Made by a program: the position numbers and the translations under genes. From NCBI GenBank assembly GCA_964582615.1, contig CAZORP010000003.1:2091-66090 (forward strand): DNA of 64,000 bases, written 5' to 3'. Positions 9,564 to 18,607 of the stretch are shown here, piece after piece. Position 1 is the stretch's first letter, and each line of letters opens with the position of its first letter. The DNA comes from an uncultured Gammaproteobacteria bacterium (GTDB lineage Bacteria; Patescibacteriota; Patescibacteriia; UBA9934). The notes under the pieces are model-generated. The model saw nothing but the letters and a program-made list of their open reading frames with translations, made no database searches and was not told the origin of the DNA.

Positions 9564-10290
9564 GCGTGGATCAGGGATTCCGGGAACACTCACAATCCTT
9601 GAGCGCATCGCTCCCCTGATTAAACAGCACTACCTTCTCCTTGCGGGGTATTCAGCATGGTGCATGATTCCTGCGTTTGTAACTTTTTTTGGATCGTTTG
9701 CCTCGGAGAATATCCAAGGATTCCTTGAATCTTTAGCACTCATCGCCGACCTCTCACTTACCGCTTGGGTTACCGGTGCACTGACCATTATTGGCCATGC
9801 GGCACTCACCAAAGAGCCGCTTCCATCGGAAGAAGTTATCAGCTCAAAAACCCAGGAACACTACGTTCCTGCACTGCAAGGATTCCTCCTCACCACACTT
9901 CTTATACCCATAGGACTTCTACTCCTTATACTCCCCGGAATCGCCATCATGTTACTGACGATATTCTTCATTCCCGTTATCTATCTCGAACAAGGGCACA
10001 CCTGGAAAACCGCGCTTCTGCGATCAAAAGATATCGTCATGCAGGCACCCTTTTCTTTTGCAATGAGCATGCTTGGCATGACACTACTCACGGGCACTGC
10101 ATACATAGTTCTCGTGGGAATCTCCGGAATCTTGCTCACCTACGGACTTCATGTCCCATTTCTTAGCCTCCTTCAAGAGGCCGAGCAACCCGCATGGCTC
10201 TCACTGCTCCTGAACGCCCTATTCATTCCCCTCATGCCGTTTTCAGCGTTCTTTGTAACCGCTCTTTACGAAGAGGTAAAAAACCGATAA
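9532..10290 (+). CDS. Polytopic membrane protein, paralog of 8709..9563
   Basis: Similar length, hydropathy pattern and charged C-terminus (YEEVKNR versus YENRRSR). It overlaps the end of the upstream gene. Confidence 0.55.
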   Translation: MFCMKTDDLAKRGSGIPGTLTILERIAPLIKQHYLLLAGYSAWCMIPAFVTFFGSFASENIQGFLESLALIADLSLTAWVTGALTIIGHAALTKEPLPSEEVISSKTQEHYVPALQGFLLTTLLIPIGLLLLILPGIAIMLLTIFFIPVIYLEQGHTWKTALLRSKDIVMQAPFSFAMSMLGMTLLTGTAYIVLVGISGILLTYGLHVPFLSLLQEAEQPAWLSLLLNALFIPLMPFSAFFVTALYEEVKNR

Positions 10291-10298
10291 TCTCGGGC

Positions 10299-11756
10299 CA
10301 TATGGAGCTTATTCCCGTCATTGGAATTGAAACACACATTCAACTTGCAACTGCAAGCAAGCTCTTTTGTAGTTGCCCAAAAAGCGACGCACAACTTCCC
10401 AACGTTCACACGTGTCCCATTTGTCTTGGCCATCCAGGAACGCTCCCTGTAGTAAATATCGAGGCTGTACGATCGGCGCTTCGCCTTGGTCATGCCCTCA
10501 AGGGAAACCTTGCATCCGTACTTAAATTCGACAGAAAGCACTACACCTATCCCGATCTTTCAAAGTCTTACCAAATCTCACAGTACGATATTCCCATCAT
10601 GGAACACGGAAGTTTGCATTTCATGGATGACGCGGGAAATCCATGTACTGTCACTATTGAACGCCTTCATCTTGAAGAAGATGCGGGAAAGAACATTCAT
10701 GATGCTTCGGGGGTTACCTATGTTGATTTCTCGCGAGGAGGATCTCCTCTGTGTGAAATTGTCACAGGTCCAGACTTTCACAAGGCTGAACACGCTAAAC
10801 GCTACGCGCAAGAACTTAGACTTCTTGCAAGAATGCTTGGCGTATCCGAGGGTGATATGGAAAAAGGCCATCTTCGCTGTGATGTAAATATTTCTCTGCG
10901 CGAACAACTGCCAGGAGGAACCCTCGGACCACTCATGCCAAAGACTGAAATCAAAAACATCAACTCCTTCCGAGCTATAGAACGTGCAATTCTTTACGAA
11001 ATCGAACGGCAGACCGATCTCTGGAACGCAGGAACTCCACCCCTCCAATCAACAACGCGTAGCTGGAATGATGATGCAGGAGTAACCGAACTTCGACGCG
11101 AAAAAGAAACAAGCGCGGATTATCGCTACCTTCCCGAACCAGACCTTCCTGTACAGTCACTTGCTCGCCTTCGTGAAGAAGTATGCGCGCATACTTTTAA
11201 AACTCCAGAGGAAGCTCGCACCGACATGATGCGGACCTATGAAATCAGTCGAGATGACGCAGATCGTCTCCTTGAGCGAAAACCGTGGCTTGAACTCTTC
11301 CAGCAAACCGCACCACTGCTAAGCACGGATGCAAAACCGCTCCTTGCACCATGGATTCTCACCAAACTTGCAGGAATTCTTGATGAGTACAAAAAAACCG
11401 AGGAGGCGTTCCCTAAGCCATCCGAATTTGGAGAACTTCTTGAAGACATTGCAAAGCACACATGCACTCCAGCAAAGGGACGGGAAATTCTCGAATATCT
11501 CGTTCAACGTCCTGAATCACCTTACGCTCAAGCAAAATCAGCATGCGGCGTGGAAAAGCCGTCGCAGGAGCGCCTCCAAGCGACAATTCAGGAAGTTTTA
11601 CACAAACATCCAGAAGAAGTTCTTCGCTACCGCCAAGGAGAAACAAAACTTCTCGCATTCTTCCTTGGTCAGGTTATGAAGGCAACCCAAGGCAATGCTC
11701 CGGCCCAAGAAACAAAAACCATTCTTCTTCACGAGCTAACAAAAACATCCTCATAA
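10299..11756 (+). CDS. gatB: Asp-tRNA(Asn)/Glu-tRNA(Gln) amidotransferase subunit B
   Basis: MELIPVIGIETHIQLATASKLFCSCP...CPICLGHPGTLP is the GatB N-terminus. The internal Met at 10299 is used as the start. No gatA or gatC is adjacent. Confidence 0.9.
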   Translation, partial: HMELIPVIGIETHIQLATASKLFCSCPKSDAQLPNVHTCPICLGHPGTLPVVNIEAVRSALRLGHALKGNLASVLKFDRKHYTYPDLSKSYQISQYDIPIMEHGSLHFMDDAGNPCTVTIERLHLEEDAGKNIHDASGVTYVDFSRGGSPLCEIVTGPDFHKAEHAKRYAQELRLLARMLGVSEGDMEKGHLRCDVNISLREQLPGGTLGPLMPKTEIKNINSFRAIERAILYEIERQTDLWNAGTPPLQSTTRSWNDDAGVTELRREKETSADYRYLPEPDLPVQSLARLREEVCAHTFKTPEEARTDMMRTYEISRDDADRLLERKPWLELFQQTAPLLSTDAKPLLAPWILTKLAGILDEYKKTEEAFPKPSEFGELLEDIAKHTCTPAKGREILEYLVQRPESPYAQAKSACGVEKPSQERLQATIQEVLHKHPEEVLRYRQGETKLLAFFLGQVMKATQGNAPAQETKTILLHELTKTSS

Positions 11757-11770
11757 GAGGATGTTTTTAT
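11746..11770. terminator. Bidirectional hairpin terminator between gatB and the convergent gene
   Basis: CATCCTC-ATAA-GAGGATG flanked by an A-run upstream and a T-run downstream. It overlaps both stop codons. Confidence 0.55.
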
Positions 11771-12825
11771 GTATTATCACGCAATTTATCAAGTGCCTCG
11801 CGAAGATCTCTCTGTTTAACGAGCGCAAAGAATGTTTGCTTGGAAGAAAGCCCTCCCCCCTCAAGAGATGCGTCAATCTTTCTTAGCTCAGCAAGAAGCA
11901 TTCGTGCCGTGTCGCGCCTCTTAAAATCACCCACACGAGATGACGATGCTCTGTCTGGAGCATCGTGGAGTCCCTTGAGATTTTCTCGAGTTTCTTCTTC
12001 AATTTCCTGAACGGGAACCGTGGAAGCTTCTTGTCGAGAAAGAAGCTCTATATGCTGTCTGGCTTGCGCAAGACGAACATCGACATCACGCAATGCAAGC
12101 TCAATCTCGCGATATTTGAATGGAGAAAACCACGATGACGTAAGTGCCTTTCGCTTTTCAAGCCCAGCGCGCTCTTGACGAAGTTCGTCAAATCGTTGGG
12201 TGTAAAATACCAGCTCACGACCTCCAGACTGTTGCTCATGAAGTTTGCGAGATAGCGCCTCAACGTGCTCGCGAACAATGTCTGTCTTTTGTGTTGGGGT
12301 TGCAGTCCCTTGCGATGCGCGACGCTCGTAAGAAAGTTTCTTCTGTGAAGGTGTATCTATTTTTCCCGTAAGAAATTCTTCCTGTAGGCTATGAATTTTT
12401 AAATTCGCAAGTCCCAATTCCACACGATGCTTTGTAAGAAGCGCTTCGTAGTGATCTTTAAGTCGTCGCGTCTTTGGAAGGAATCGAGCAAACCATCCCC
12501 CAGTCTCTTGATTGCGTTCTTTGGTAATTTCGGCAATTGCACGCTCATGAACAACAACCGCTTCACGAAGCTGAGAGATCTCCAAGGATATCTCTCTCCG
12601 ACGTGCATCTTGAGAATTCTTCGCCGACATTGCGCCGTCTATGTCGCGAATGGATTTTTGGATGCGTTCCGTGGGAGTAACTTCACGGCTCATCATTCCT
12701 TCGCGTGGTGCGCCTATCTTACGAGCATCTTGAGGCCTATTGCGAACAACTCCGCCATCACCCATGCCCTCCTTGTGATTGCGGTGGATATATAGGAGCT
12801 CCCACAAAGTCAAATCCTCGCTCAT
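11767..12825 (-). CDS. Hypothetical coiled-coil protein
   Basis: 352 aa, highly charged, heptad-like (ELALRDVDVRLAQARQHIELLSRQ). No enzymatic motif. Likely co-transcribed with miaA. Confidence 0.5.
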   Translation of the reverse strand: MSEDLTLWELLYIHRNHKEGMGDGGVVRNRPQDARKIGAPREGMMSREVTPTERIQKSIRDIDGAMSAKNSQDARRREISLEISQLREAVVVHERAIAEITKERNQETGGWFARFLPKTRRLKDHYEALLTKHRVELGLANLKIHSLQEEFLTGKIDTPSQKKLSYERRASQGTATPTQKTDIVREHVEALSRKLHEQQSGGRELVFYTQRFDELRQERAGLEKRKALTSSWFSPFKYREIELALRDVDVRLAQARQHIELLSRQEASTVPVQEIEEETRENLKGLHDAPDRASSSRVGDFKRRDTARMLLAELRKIDASLEGGGLSSKQTFFALVKQRDLREALDKLRDNT

Positions 12826-12920
12826 TCATTCCCCTGACATCAACACTTGCACCCTCTGGTATAAAAGGCCTGCCTTTGGGAAGAGAGTGCTCTCTCTTTT
12901 GTCTTTTCAAATCCGCACCT

Positions 12921-13880
12921 TCACCCAACATATGCTGTTGTTAAAAATTTTTCAAGAAGAACATCTGCTTCGTAGGCGTTTGCAACCCACGTAATTCGAG
13001 GATCTCGCCGAAACCACGTACGCTGACGTTTGGCATACTGTCGAGAATCTCGCTTTATTTGTAGTATAGCATCCTTTAGGGACACTTCCTTTCTTAGGAA
13101 TGCACAGATTTGTCGGTAGCCAATTCCTGTCATGCCGGGTGCATCATCGCCGTACCTATCGCGAAGGTTGCGAACCTCATCAACAAGACCGCGGGCAATC
13201 ATGAGATCTACACGCTCATCAATACTTGCATCGCTGAGGGTTTTTTCCTTATCAATGCCAAGAAAAAGTGAATGGTATCGCTCGGGATTTCTTGTTTGAA
13301 CTTCCGCTAAACGCCTGCCTGTAACCCGCAAAATCTCAATTGCACGCTCAAGTCTTCTGCGGTTGTGCACATCAATTTTTTCAGCCGTATCAGGATCTCG
13401 TTCAGCGATTTCTTCAAGGAGCTCCTCATTTGTTTTTTCAAGAAGCTCACGTCGCAATCCAGGATCTGGAGGAGCGGCGCCAAACGAGGGTCTATCAATA
13501 ACCGCGGCGATATAAAGCCCCGTTCCACCAACAAGAAATGGAAGCTTTCCGCGCCGATCCATGTCATCAATTTTTGCATCTGCGTACGCTTGAAAATCCG
13601 ATGCGGTAAAAATTTCATCCGGATTACAAAGATCAAACCCCCAATGTGCAACGCCGTCAACCAAAAGTGGTTTTTCTTTCACAAGATCTTCTAAGCTTTC
13701 ACCTCCCATCTTTCGAAGACCCTCAGGCTTTGCAGTACCAATATCCATGCCGCGATATATTGTTCGTGAATCCGCGGAAATGACCTCGCCCTCATGCGAT
13801 CGGGCAAGTGTAATGCCAAGTTGCGTCTTTCCAGATGCCGTTGGTCCAACGACAACCACAACGCGAGGAAGTTCTGCCAT
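12921..13880 (-). CDS. miaA: tRNA dimethylallyltransferase
   Basis: VVVVGPTASGKTQLGITLA...EVISADSRTIYRGMDIGTAKP is the MiaA P-loop N-terminus. Confidence 0.9.
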   Translation of the reverse strand: MAELPRVVVVVGPTASGKTQLGITLARSHEGEVISADSRTIYRGMDIGTAKPEGLRKMGGESLEDLVKEKPLLVDGVAHWGFDLCNPDEIFTASDFQAYADAKIDDMDRRGKLPFLVGGTGLYIAAVIDRPSFGAAPPDPGLRRELLEKTNEELLEEIAERDPDTAEKIDVHNRRRLERAIEILRVTGRRLAEVQTRNPERYHSLFLGIDKEKTLSDASIDERVDLMIARGLVDEVRNLRDRYGDDAPGMTGIGYRQICAFLRKEVSLKDAILQIKRDSRQYAKRQRTWFRRDPRITWVANAYEADVLLEKFLTTAYVG

Positions 13881-13973
13881 ATGCGCATAGTATACTGGAG
13901 ATCTATGGTAAGAGAAGTACCCAACATACGATCACCCCGCGGCCGTGAAAAACCGGATATCGAAAATCAAACC

Positions 13974-15347
13974 ATGCAGGACACCCACCTGCAACCTCAG
14001 GAAGACGCCTGGTTTTCTCAAGATCCCCAAGAATATCCGGAAGCTCCAGAGCTTCCCTCTTGGTACGGAAAGGATCAATTTGCAACACTTGCCGAAGAAA
14101 GTGGAAAAATTCTCAAAGGAGGAGCTCGTGCTCTCAACTTAATGCCCGGCAAGGAGCACGACGCCTACGCTCAAAACATCAAAGACCTTCCAAAGTCTTT
14201 TCTTGAAGCTCCAAAGGATATTCTCAAAGCAATTCATGCACGGCTATTTGAACAATCGCTAAATAAAACCCAAATAAAGCTTGGTGCCGTAATTAGCGAG
14301 GAGGTACGCGCAATAAAGCCAAAGTCAGAACTTTTAGGGCGCGTTCTTTCTGTCGCACGCGAGACTCTAAAAACTGCTCCAAGCTTTTTTGAGGCTAGTG
14401 GATTGCAAGATCTCGCACAGGAACACCTCCGTATTGGAAAGGGAATTTTTGGGGCAGTTTTTCAGAAAAATACCGAGGATCCCTATGTGCAAAAAGCTCG
14501 GGAAATTCCTGGAATGCTACGGGAAACGGCAAGAGATTTTCTTCCAATGCTTTTAGATCAACTTGCAAACGCACCGCAAGACCTTCAAAGAATATTTCAA
14601 GATCCACTAGCAAACTCTTCACTTCTCGAAGAACGCATGAAAGACATGCCGTCGGAAGAATCCTTCGCCGTAACAACTCCCGCAGAACGCACACTCGAAG
14701 AAACTCTTCACGATCTACAAACGTGCGCAGAAGAAACTCGCGCGCTTGCCATTGGAGTAAAGCTTGAAGCCAAGAATCTCGAGCTCGAACATACTCGTTT
14801 TTTCTCACGCCAATGCCGAAGCCTTCTTGAGCAACGAATGCGCCGTCTTATACATGAAGCAGGAGCATCAACACAACGCATACAAGAAACGTTGAATGAA
14901 CTTGAAGAAAAGATTTCCTCAGCAACCGCTATTGAAGGCGTCGAGGAGGTGCTCATAAATCTTCAAAAAGAACTCTTGGCGCACGAAAAGCGCGAGGATC
15001 TTGCCATACGCTACTACGCTGAACATCTCTCCCAGCGTATCCTCAAACTTCCCGAGGGTGTGTTAACAAAAAAAGAGGCTTTTCTCTTTGCAGAAAAACT
15101 TCAAAACAATCCAAATCAAGAAACACTCAAAGAGCTTCAACAAAATCTCGAGGAATATATCGCTTTTCTTTACACACAAGAAACTTCAACAAAAACTCCC
15201 GAGGAGGTGGAACTCCTTCAGGAAGACCTTCAACGGAACATTGCGCTTTTTGAAACCATAGCAACCGCAAAACTTCGCGGAGCAAGCAGGCGCATTCAAG
15301 AACACCTCGCAACAGGCGCGAGAAATCTCATGCGTATCGCCTCATGA
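13974..15347 (+). CDS. Hypothetical alpha-helical coiled-coil protein
   Basis: A long ORF divergent from miaA. The start was chosen at the internal Met (MQDTHLQ), because the upstream 60 aa are Arg- and Cys-rich and low-complexity. No recognisable domain. Confidence 0.45.
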   Translation: MQDTHLQPQEDAWFSQDPQEYPEAPELPSWYGKDQFATLAEESGKILKGGARALNLMPGKEHDAYAQNIKDLPKSFLEAPKDILKAIHARLFEQSLNKTQIKLGAVISEEVRAIKPKSELLGRVLSVARETLKTAPSFFEASGLQDLAQEHLRIGKGIFGAVFQKNTEDPYVQKAREIPGMLRETARDFLPMLLDQLANAPQDLQRIFQDPLANSSLLEERMKDMPSEESFAVTTPAERTLEETLHDLQTCAEETRALAIGVKLEAKNLELEHTRFFSRQCRSLLEQRMRRLIHEAGASTQRIQETLNELEEKISSATAIEGVEEVLINLQKELLAHEKREDLAIRYYAEHLSQRILKLPEGVLTKKEAFLFAEKLQNNPNQETLKELQQNLEEYIAFLYTQETSTKTPEEVELLQEDLQRNIALFETIATAKLRGASRRIQEHLATGARNLMRIAS

Positions 15348-15361
15348 TCTAGAACTTGAAA

Positions 15362-15392
15362 CAAAAATCCCCACGTATTGTGGGGATTTTTT
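15362..15392. terminator. Bidirectional terminator between the 13974 ORF and thrS
   Basis: AAAAATCCCCAC-GTATT-GTGGGGATTTTTT. Confidence 0.7.
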
Positions 15393-17139
15393 ATGCGCGC
15401 ACATCAGGAATGCAGGCCTCAGTCGCGAGAACGCGAGGAAGGTCATCCTGTGCAATAATTCGAGACTCCTCAACGCCAAAGAGCTTTACCGAGAAATCTC
15501 CTCCTTGCATCTCTTTTTCTCCCACGACAATCGTCCAAGGAACCTTCGCCATTGCGGCATTACGAATTTTCTTACCCACCTTTTCAGAGCTAGCATCCAC
15601 CGTTACTCGCACGCCTTGTGATTTAAGGTTTTTTGCAAGATCCTGCGCGTAATCAATGTAACTATCCGCAACAGAAATCAAGCGAATTTGCTCTGGAGCA
15701 AGCCATAGCGGAAATACTCCTGCAAGATGCTCAATGAGCACCGAAGTAAAACGCTCAAGAGATCCCATGATCGCACAGTGAATCATGAGAATACCTTCCT
15801 TTTCTCCTTTTTCGTTAATACACGTCAAACCAAAGTTCTTTGGCTGATTGAAGTCAAGCTGAATGGTTGCAACCTGCCACGTTCTTCCAAGAGAGTCCTT
15901 TGCCATGAAGTCAATTTTCGGTCCATAAAAAGCCGCTTCGCCAACTCCATCGGTCCACGCAACACCCTTTTCATCAAGAATTTCACGAAGTGCCTGTTCT
16001 GCACGATCCCAATCCTCTGAAGATCCAAGATATTTTTCTGGATTCTCAGGATCTCGGCGTGAAAGACGTGGTACGAGCGAAAACCCAAAGGCTCCGTAGA
16101 AGCGCTGAATGATATTCCAAACAATTTCAGCTTCTTCTCGCACCTGACTTACCCGGCAAAATACGTGAGCATCATCTTGTGTAATGGAGAGAACGCGGGA
16201 AAGACCAGAAAGCTCACCGGACTGCTCATCGCGATATACCATAGTTGTTTCAGCATAGCGCACAGGAAGATCACGATACGAGCGAGGTTCACTTGCGTAA
16301 ATTTGCGTATGGTGAGGGCAGTTCATTGGCTTCATGGCAAAAACATGCCCTTCTCGCGTCTCAATCTTAAACAAGTCATCAGCGTATTTTGCCCAGTGAC
16401 CAGAAGTCTCGTAAAGATCCTTTTTGGTAATGTGGGGAATTGCTACACGCTCGTAACCGTATGCCTTACGAAGCTCCCAAACAAAGGAATTAAGCGTTTC
16501 ACGCAAAGAAGTTCCCTTAGGAGTCCACAGAGGCAATCCAGCACCCACGAGATCTGAAAATACAAAGAGACCAAGCTCTTTACCAAGCTTTCGATGATCA
16601 CGCTTTTTTGCCTCTTCGAGCATGGCAAGGTGCGCATCTCGCTCATCCTTAGTTGCAAATGCGATACCGTAAATACGCGTGAGTTGATCATTCTTCTCAT
16701 TGCCTCGCCAATACGCTCCTGCAACTTTTGTAAGGGTAAAGCATTCAGGATCGATATCAGCAAGCCCATCAGCATGACCTCCGCGACAAAGATCAGTGAA
16801 CATTCCCGAGGTGTACAACGTCAAATGTTGACCATCCTGAGAAAATTCATCGATCAACTCGAGCTTGTATTTATTGTCAGCAAATGCATCACGAGCTTCC
16901 GAGGGCGATACCTCGCGGCGTACGAACGCCTTCCAGCTTTTCATGATTTCACGCATTTTTTTCTCAATACGAGGAAGAGCCTCGTCGGAAAACGGCTCAC
17001 TAAAGCGAAAGTCGTAATAGAATCCATCATCAATAGCCGGACCAATGGTACGCTTTGCATCAGGATAAAGTTCAAGCACCGCGGCGGCCAAAAGGTGTGC
17101 AAGCGAGTGGCGGAGATGTTGTAGTTCTTCGGAGTTCAT
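15391..17139 (-). CDS. thrS: Threonyl-tRNA synthetase lacking the N-terminal TGS domain
   Basis: HLLAAAVLELYPDAKRTIGPAIDDGFYYDF (start of the N2 editing domain), class II motifs and an anticodon-binding domain. The start is set at the Met of MNSEEL. The more upstream ATG lies inside the terminator T-run. Confidence 0.9.
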   Translation of the reverse strand: MNSEELQHLRHSLAHLLAAAVLELYPDAKRTIGPAIDDGFYYDFRFSEPFSDEALPRIEKKMREIMKSWKAFVRREVSPSEARDAFADNKYKLELIDEFSQDGQHLTLYTSGMFTDLCRGGHADGLADIDPECFTLTKVAGAYWRGNEKNDQLTRIYGIAFATKDERDAHLAMLEEAKKRDHRKLGKELGLFVFSDLVGAGLPLWTPKGTSLRETLNSFVWELRKAYGYERVAIPHITKKDLYETSGHWAKYADDLFKIETREGHVFAMKPMNCPHHTQIYASEPRSYRDLPVRYAETTMVYRDEQSGELSGLSRVLSITQDDAHVFCRVSQVREEAEIVWNIIQRFYGAFGFSLVPRLSRRDPENPEKYLGSSEDWDRAEQALREILDEKGVAWTDGVGEAAFYGPKIDFMAKDSLGRTWQVATIQLDFNQPKNFGLTCINEKGEKEGILMIHCAIMGSLERFTSVLIEHLAGVFPLWLAPEQIRLISVADSYIDYAQDLAKNLKSQGVRVTVDASSEKVGKKIRNAAMAKVPWTIVVGEKEMQGGDFSVKLFGVEESRIIAQDDLPRVLATEACIPDVRA

Positions 17140-17142
17140 AAA

Positions 17143-17184
17143 GATAAAAAAGCCCAATGCACCACATACGCGATGACATTGGGC
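17143..17184 (-). terminator. Rho-independent terminator ending the dnaE-hypothetical transcript
   Basis: On the minus strand GCCCAATG-(17 nt loop)-CATTGGGC is followed by TTTTTTATCTTT. Confidence 0.55.
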
Positions 17185-17335
17185 TCCATAAAAATTATTT
17201 GGAGGGTTCCACCCAACTTCCCCAAAGGGGCTCTTGGAATTGTGGAATCGCCTTTCAGGGGGCGGTACTCCCCATCACCAAAGCGATTACACATTCACTA
17301 TACACATCGGCAAAAAACCTCGCAAGTGGCTACCG

Positions 17336-18607
17336 CTACGGGGCAGTTTCCTCACCCTGAGGATCCCCACCTCCCTGCTCCTGCTCTTTAATTTCAATAC
17401 TAATATGATCTTCGAGTGTTGGGACTCGCTGAAGCCAGAATGGTGTGAACGTAATAGCAACATCAGCAACAGCGTCCGACGATCGGAGCAAGGTGAATAC
17501 CTCGTGGGGAGCTCTACCAATAAATCGCTCTTTCGCAAGCGTTGGAGCATCCTCAGAAATAAGCGCCTCCCCTTCTAGGTACACCGAAAGCTCAGCTTCA
17601 CCTTTTTGAGTATCAACCGAGGCAATACTTGTCTGTACACCCTGATCACTGAGACGCTCCAAGAGAAAACCTTCCGGTATTCGCTTTTGAAGGAGTGATT
17701 TTGCGTATGATCCAACGAGATTCGTGTCATAAAAAACCCCCGTAACATCAGCGGTCATACTCAACGTAAAGCCACCAGCTTCAGAGCCAAGCGCAACGTC
17801 GGTAGTAGAAGAGACTTCATGGATATCGTATGTTCCTTGATTTACCAATTCCGCAGAAACGCCCTGCTGAAGCTCTTGCTTTCCCGCCGCAAGAATCTCT
17901 TCACGAAGAGCGAGCGTCGCATCATGAACATCTTGCTCAGAAAGCGTGCGAACATATTGCACGCCACCATGAAATGCCTCCTGAGAAACTCCATAAATAA
18001 GACTCTGAAGCGATGTTGCGAGTCCGGGGATCGTAAACGTTGTTGCGGCAATATCTCCAGAACTTCCCGCAACATCAGCAACGACAATAACAGAAATCTC
18101 CCCCTGAGCAGGAACGGTTACGTTATCCTTCAATCGAAAAAGAACGCCGTTTTGAGCAAGAAAACGCGTTGTTGCCACAAGCGGCTGGGGGCTATTTGTA
18201 GTATTTTTAACAACTACTGTTCCTGTTGATTTTCCCTCAATAGCTCGAGCGCCTTCTTGAGGAAGTGAAAAGTATCGCTCACGCGTAAGTGTCTTTTTTG
18301 CAACAAAGCCAGCAATTTGTCCATCGGAAAGCGGCTGAGTAACAACTTCAAGCGTTGCCGTGGTGGAAACCGATGTCGGCTTTGCGAAGACCGTAATGTT
18401 TGCTCGAGAAACTGAAAGATACAACACGACAAAAAGCATGAGAAACGTGAGGCCAACAAACGCAAGTGCAATTCGTTGATACATACGCAACGACCTTGTA
18501 AGCGGCCGCTGAAGCGATGGCGACGATACCATAAAAAAAGCCTGGTAAGGATTCTTGGTAAAGTATAGCATCTTTTTTGAGGTTTTCTTTTGTAAACCTA
18601 TTTCCAA
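17336..18607 (-). CDS. Hypothetical N-terminally membrane-anchored protein
   Basis: 423 aa. The N-terminal TM segment is IALAFVGLTFLMLFVVLYLSV, followed by a Thr/Ser/Val-rich beta-rich sequence. It overlaps the dnaE stop by 10 nt. Confidence 0.5.
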   Translation of the reverse strand: MEIGLQKKTSKKMLYFTKNPYQAFFMVSSPSLQRPLTRSLRMYQRIALAFVGLTFLMLFVVLYLSVSRANITVFAKPTSVSTTATLEVVTQPLSDGQIAGFVAKKTLTRERYFSLPQEGARAIEGKSTGTVVVKNTTNSPQPLVATTRFLAQNGVLFRLKDNVTVPAQGEISVIVVADVAGSSGDIAATTFTIPGLATSLQSLIYGVSQEAFHGGVQYVRTLSEQDVHDATLALREEILAAGKQELQQGVSAELVNQGTYDIHEVSSTTDVALGSEAGGFTLSMTADVTGVFYDTNLVGSYAKSLLQKRIPEGFLLERLSDQGVQTSIASVDTQKGEAELSVYLEGEALISEDAPTLAKERFIGRAPHEVFTLLRSSDAVADVAITFTPFWLQRVPTLEDHISIEIKEQEQGGGDPQGEETAP

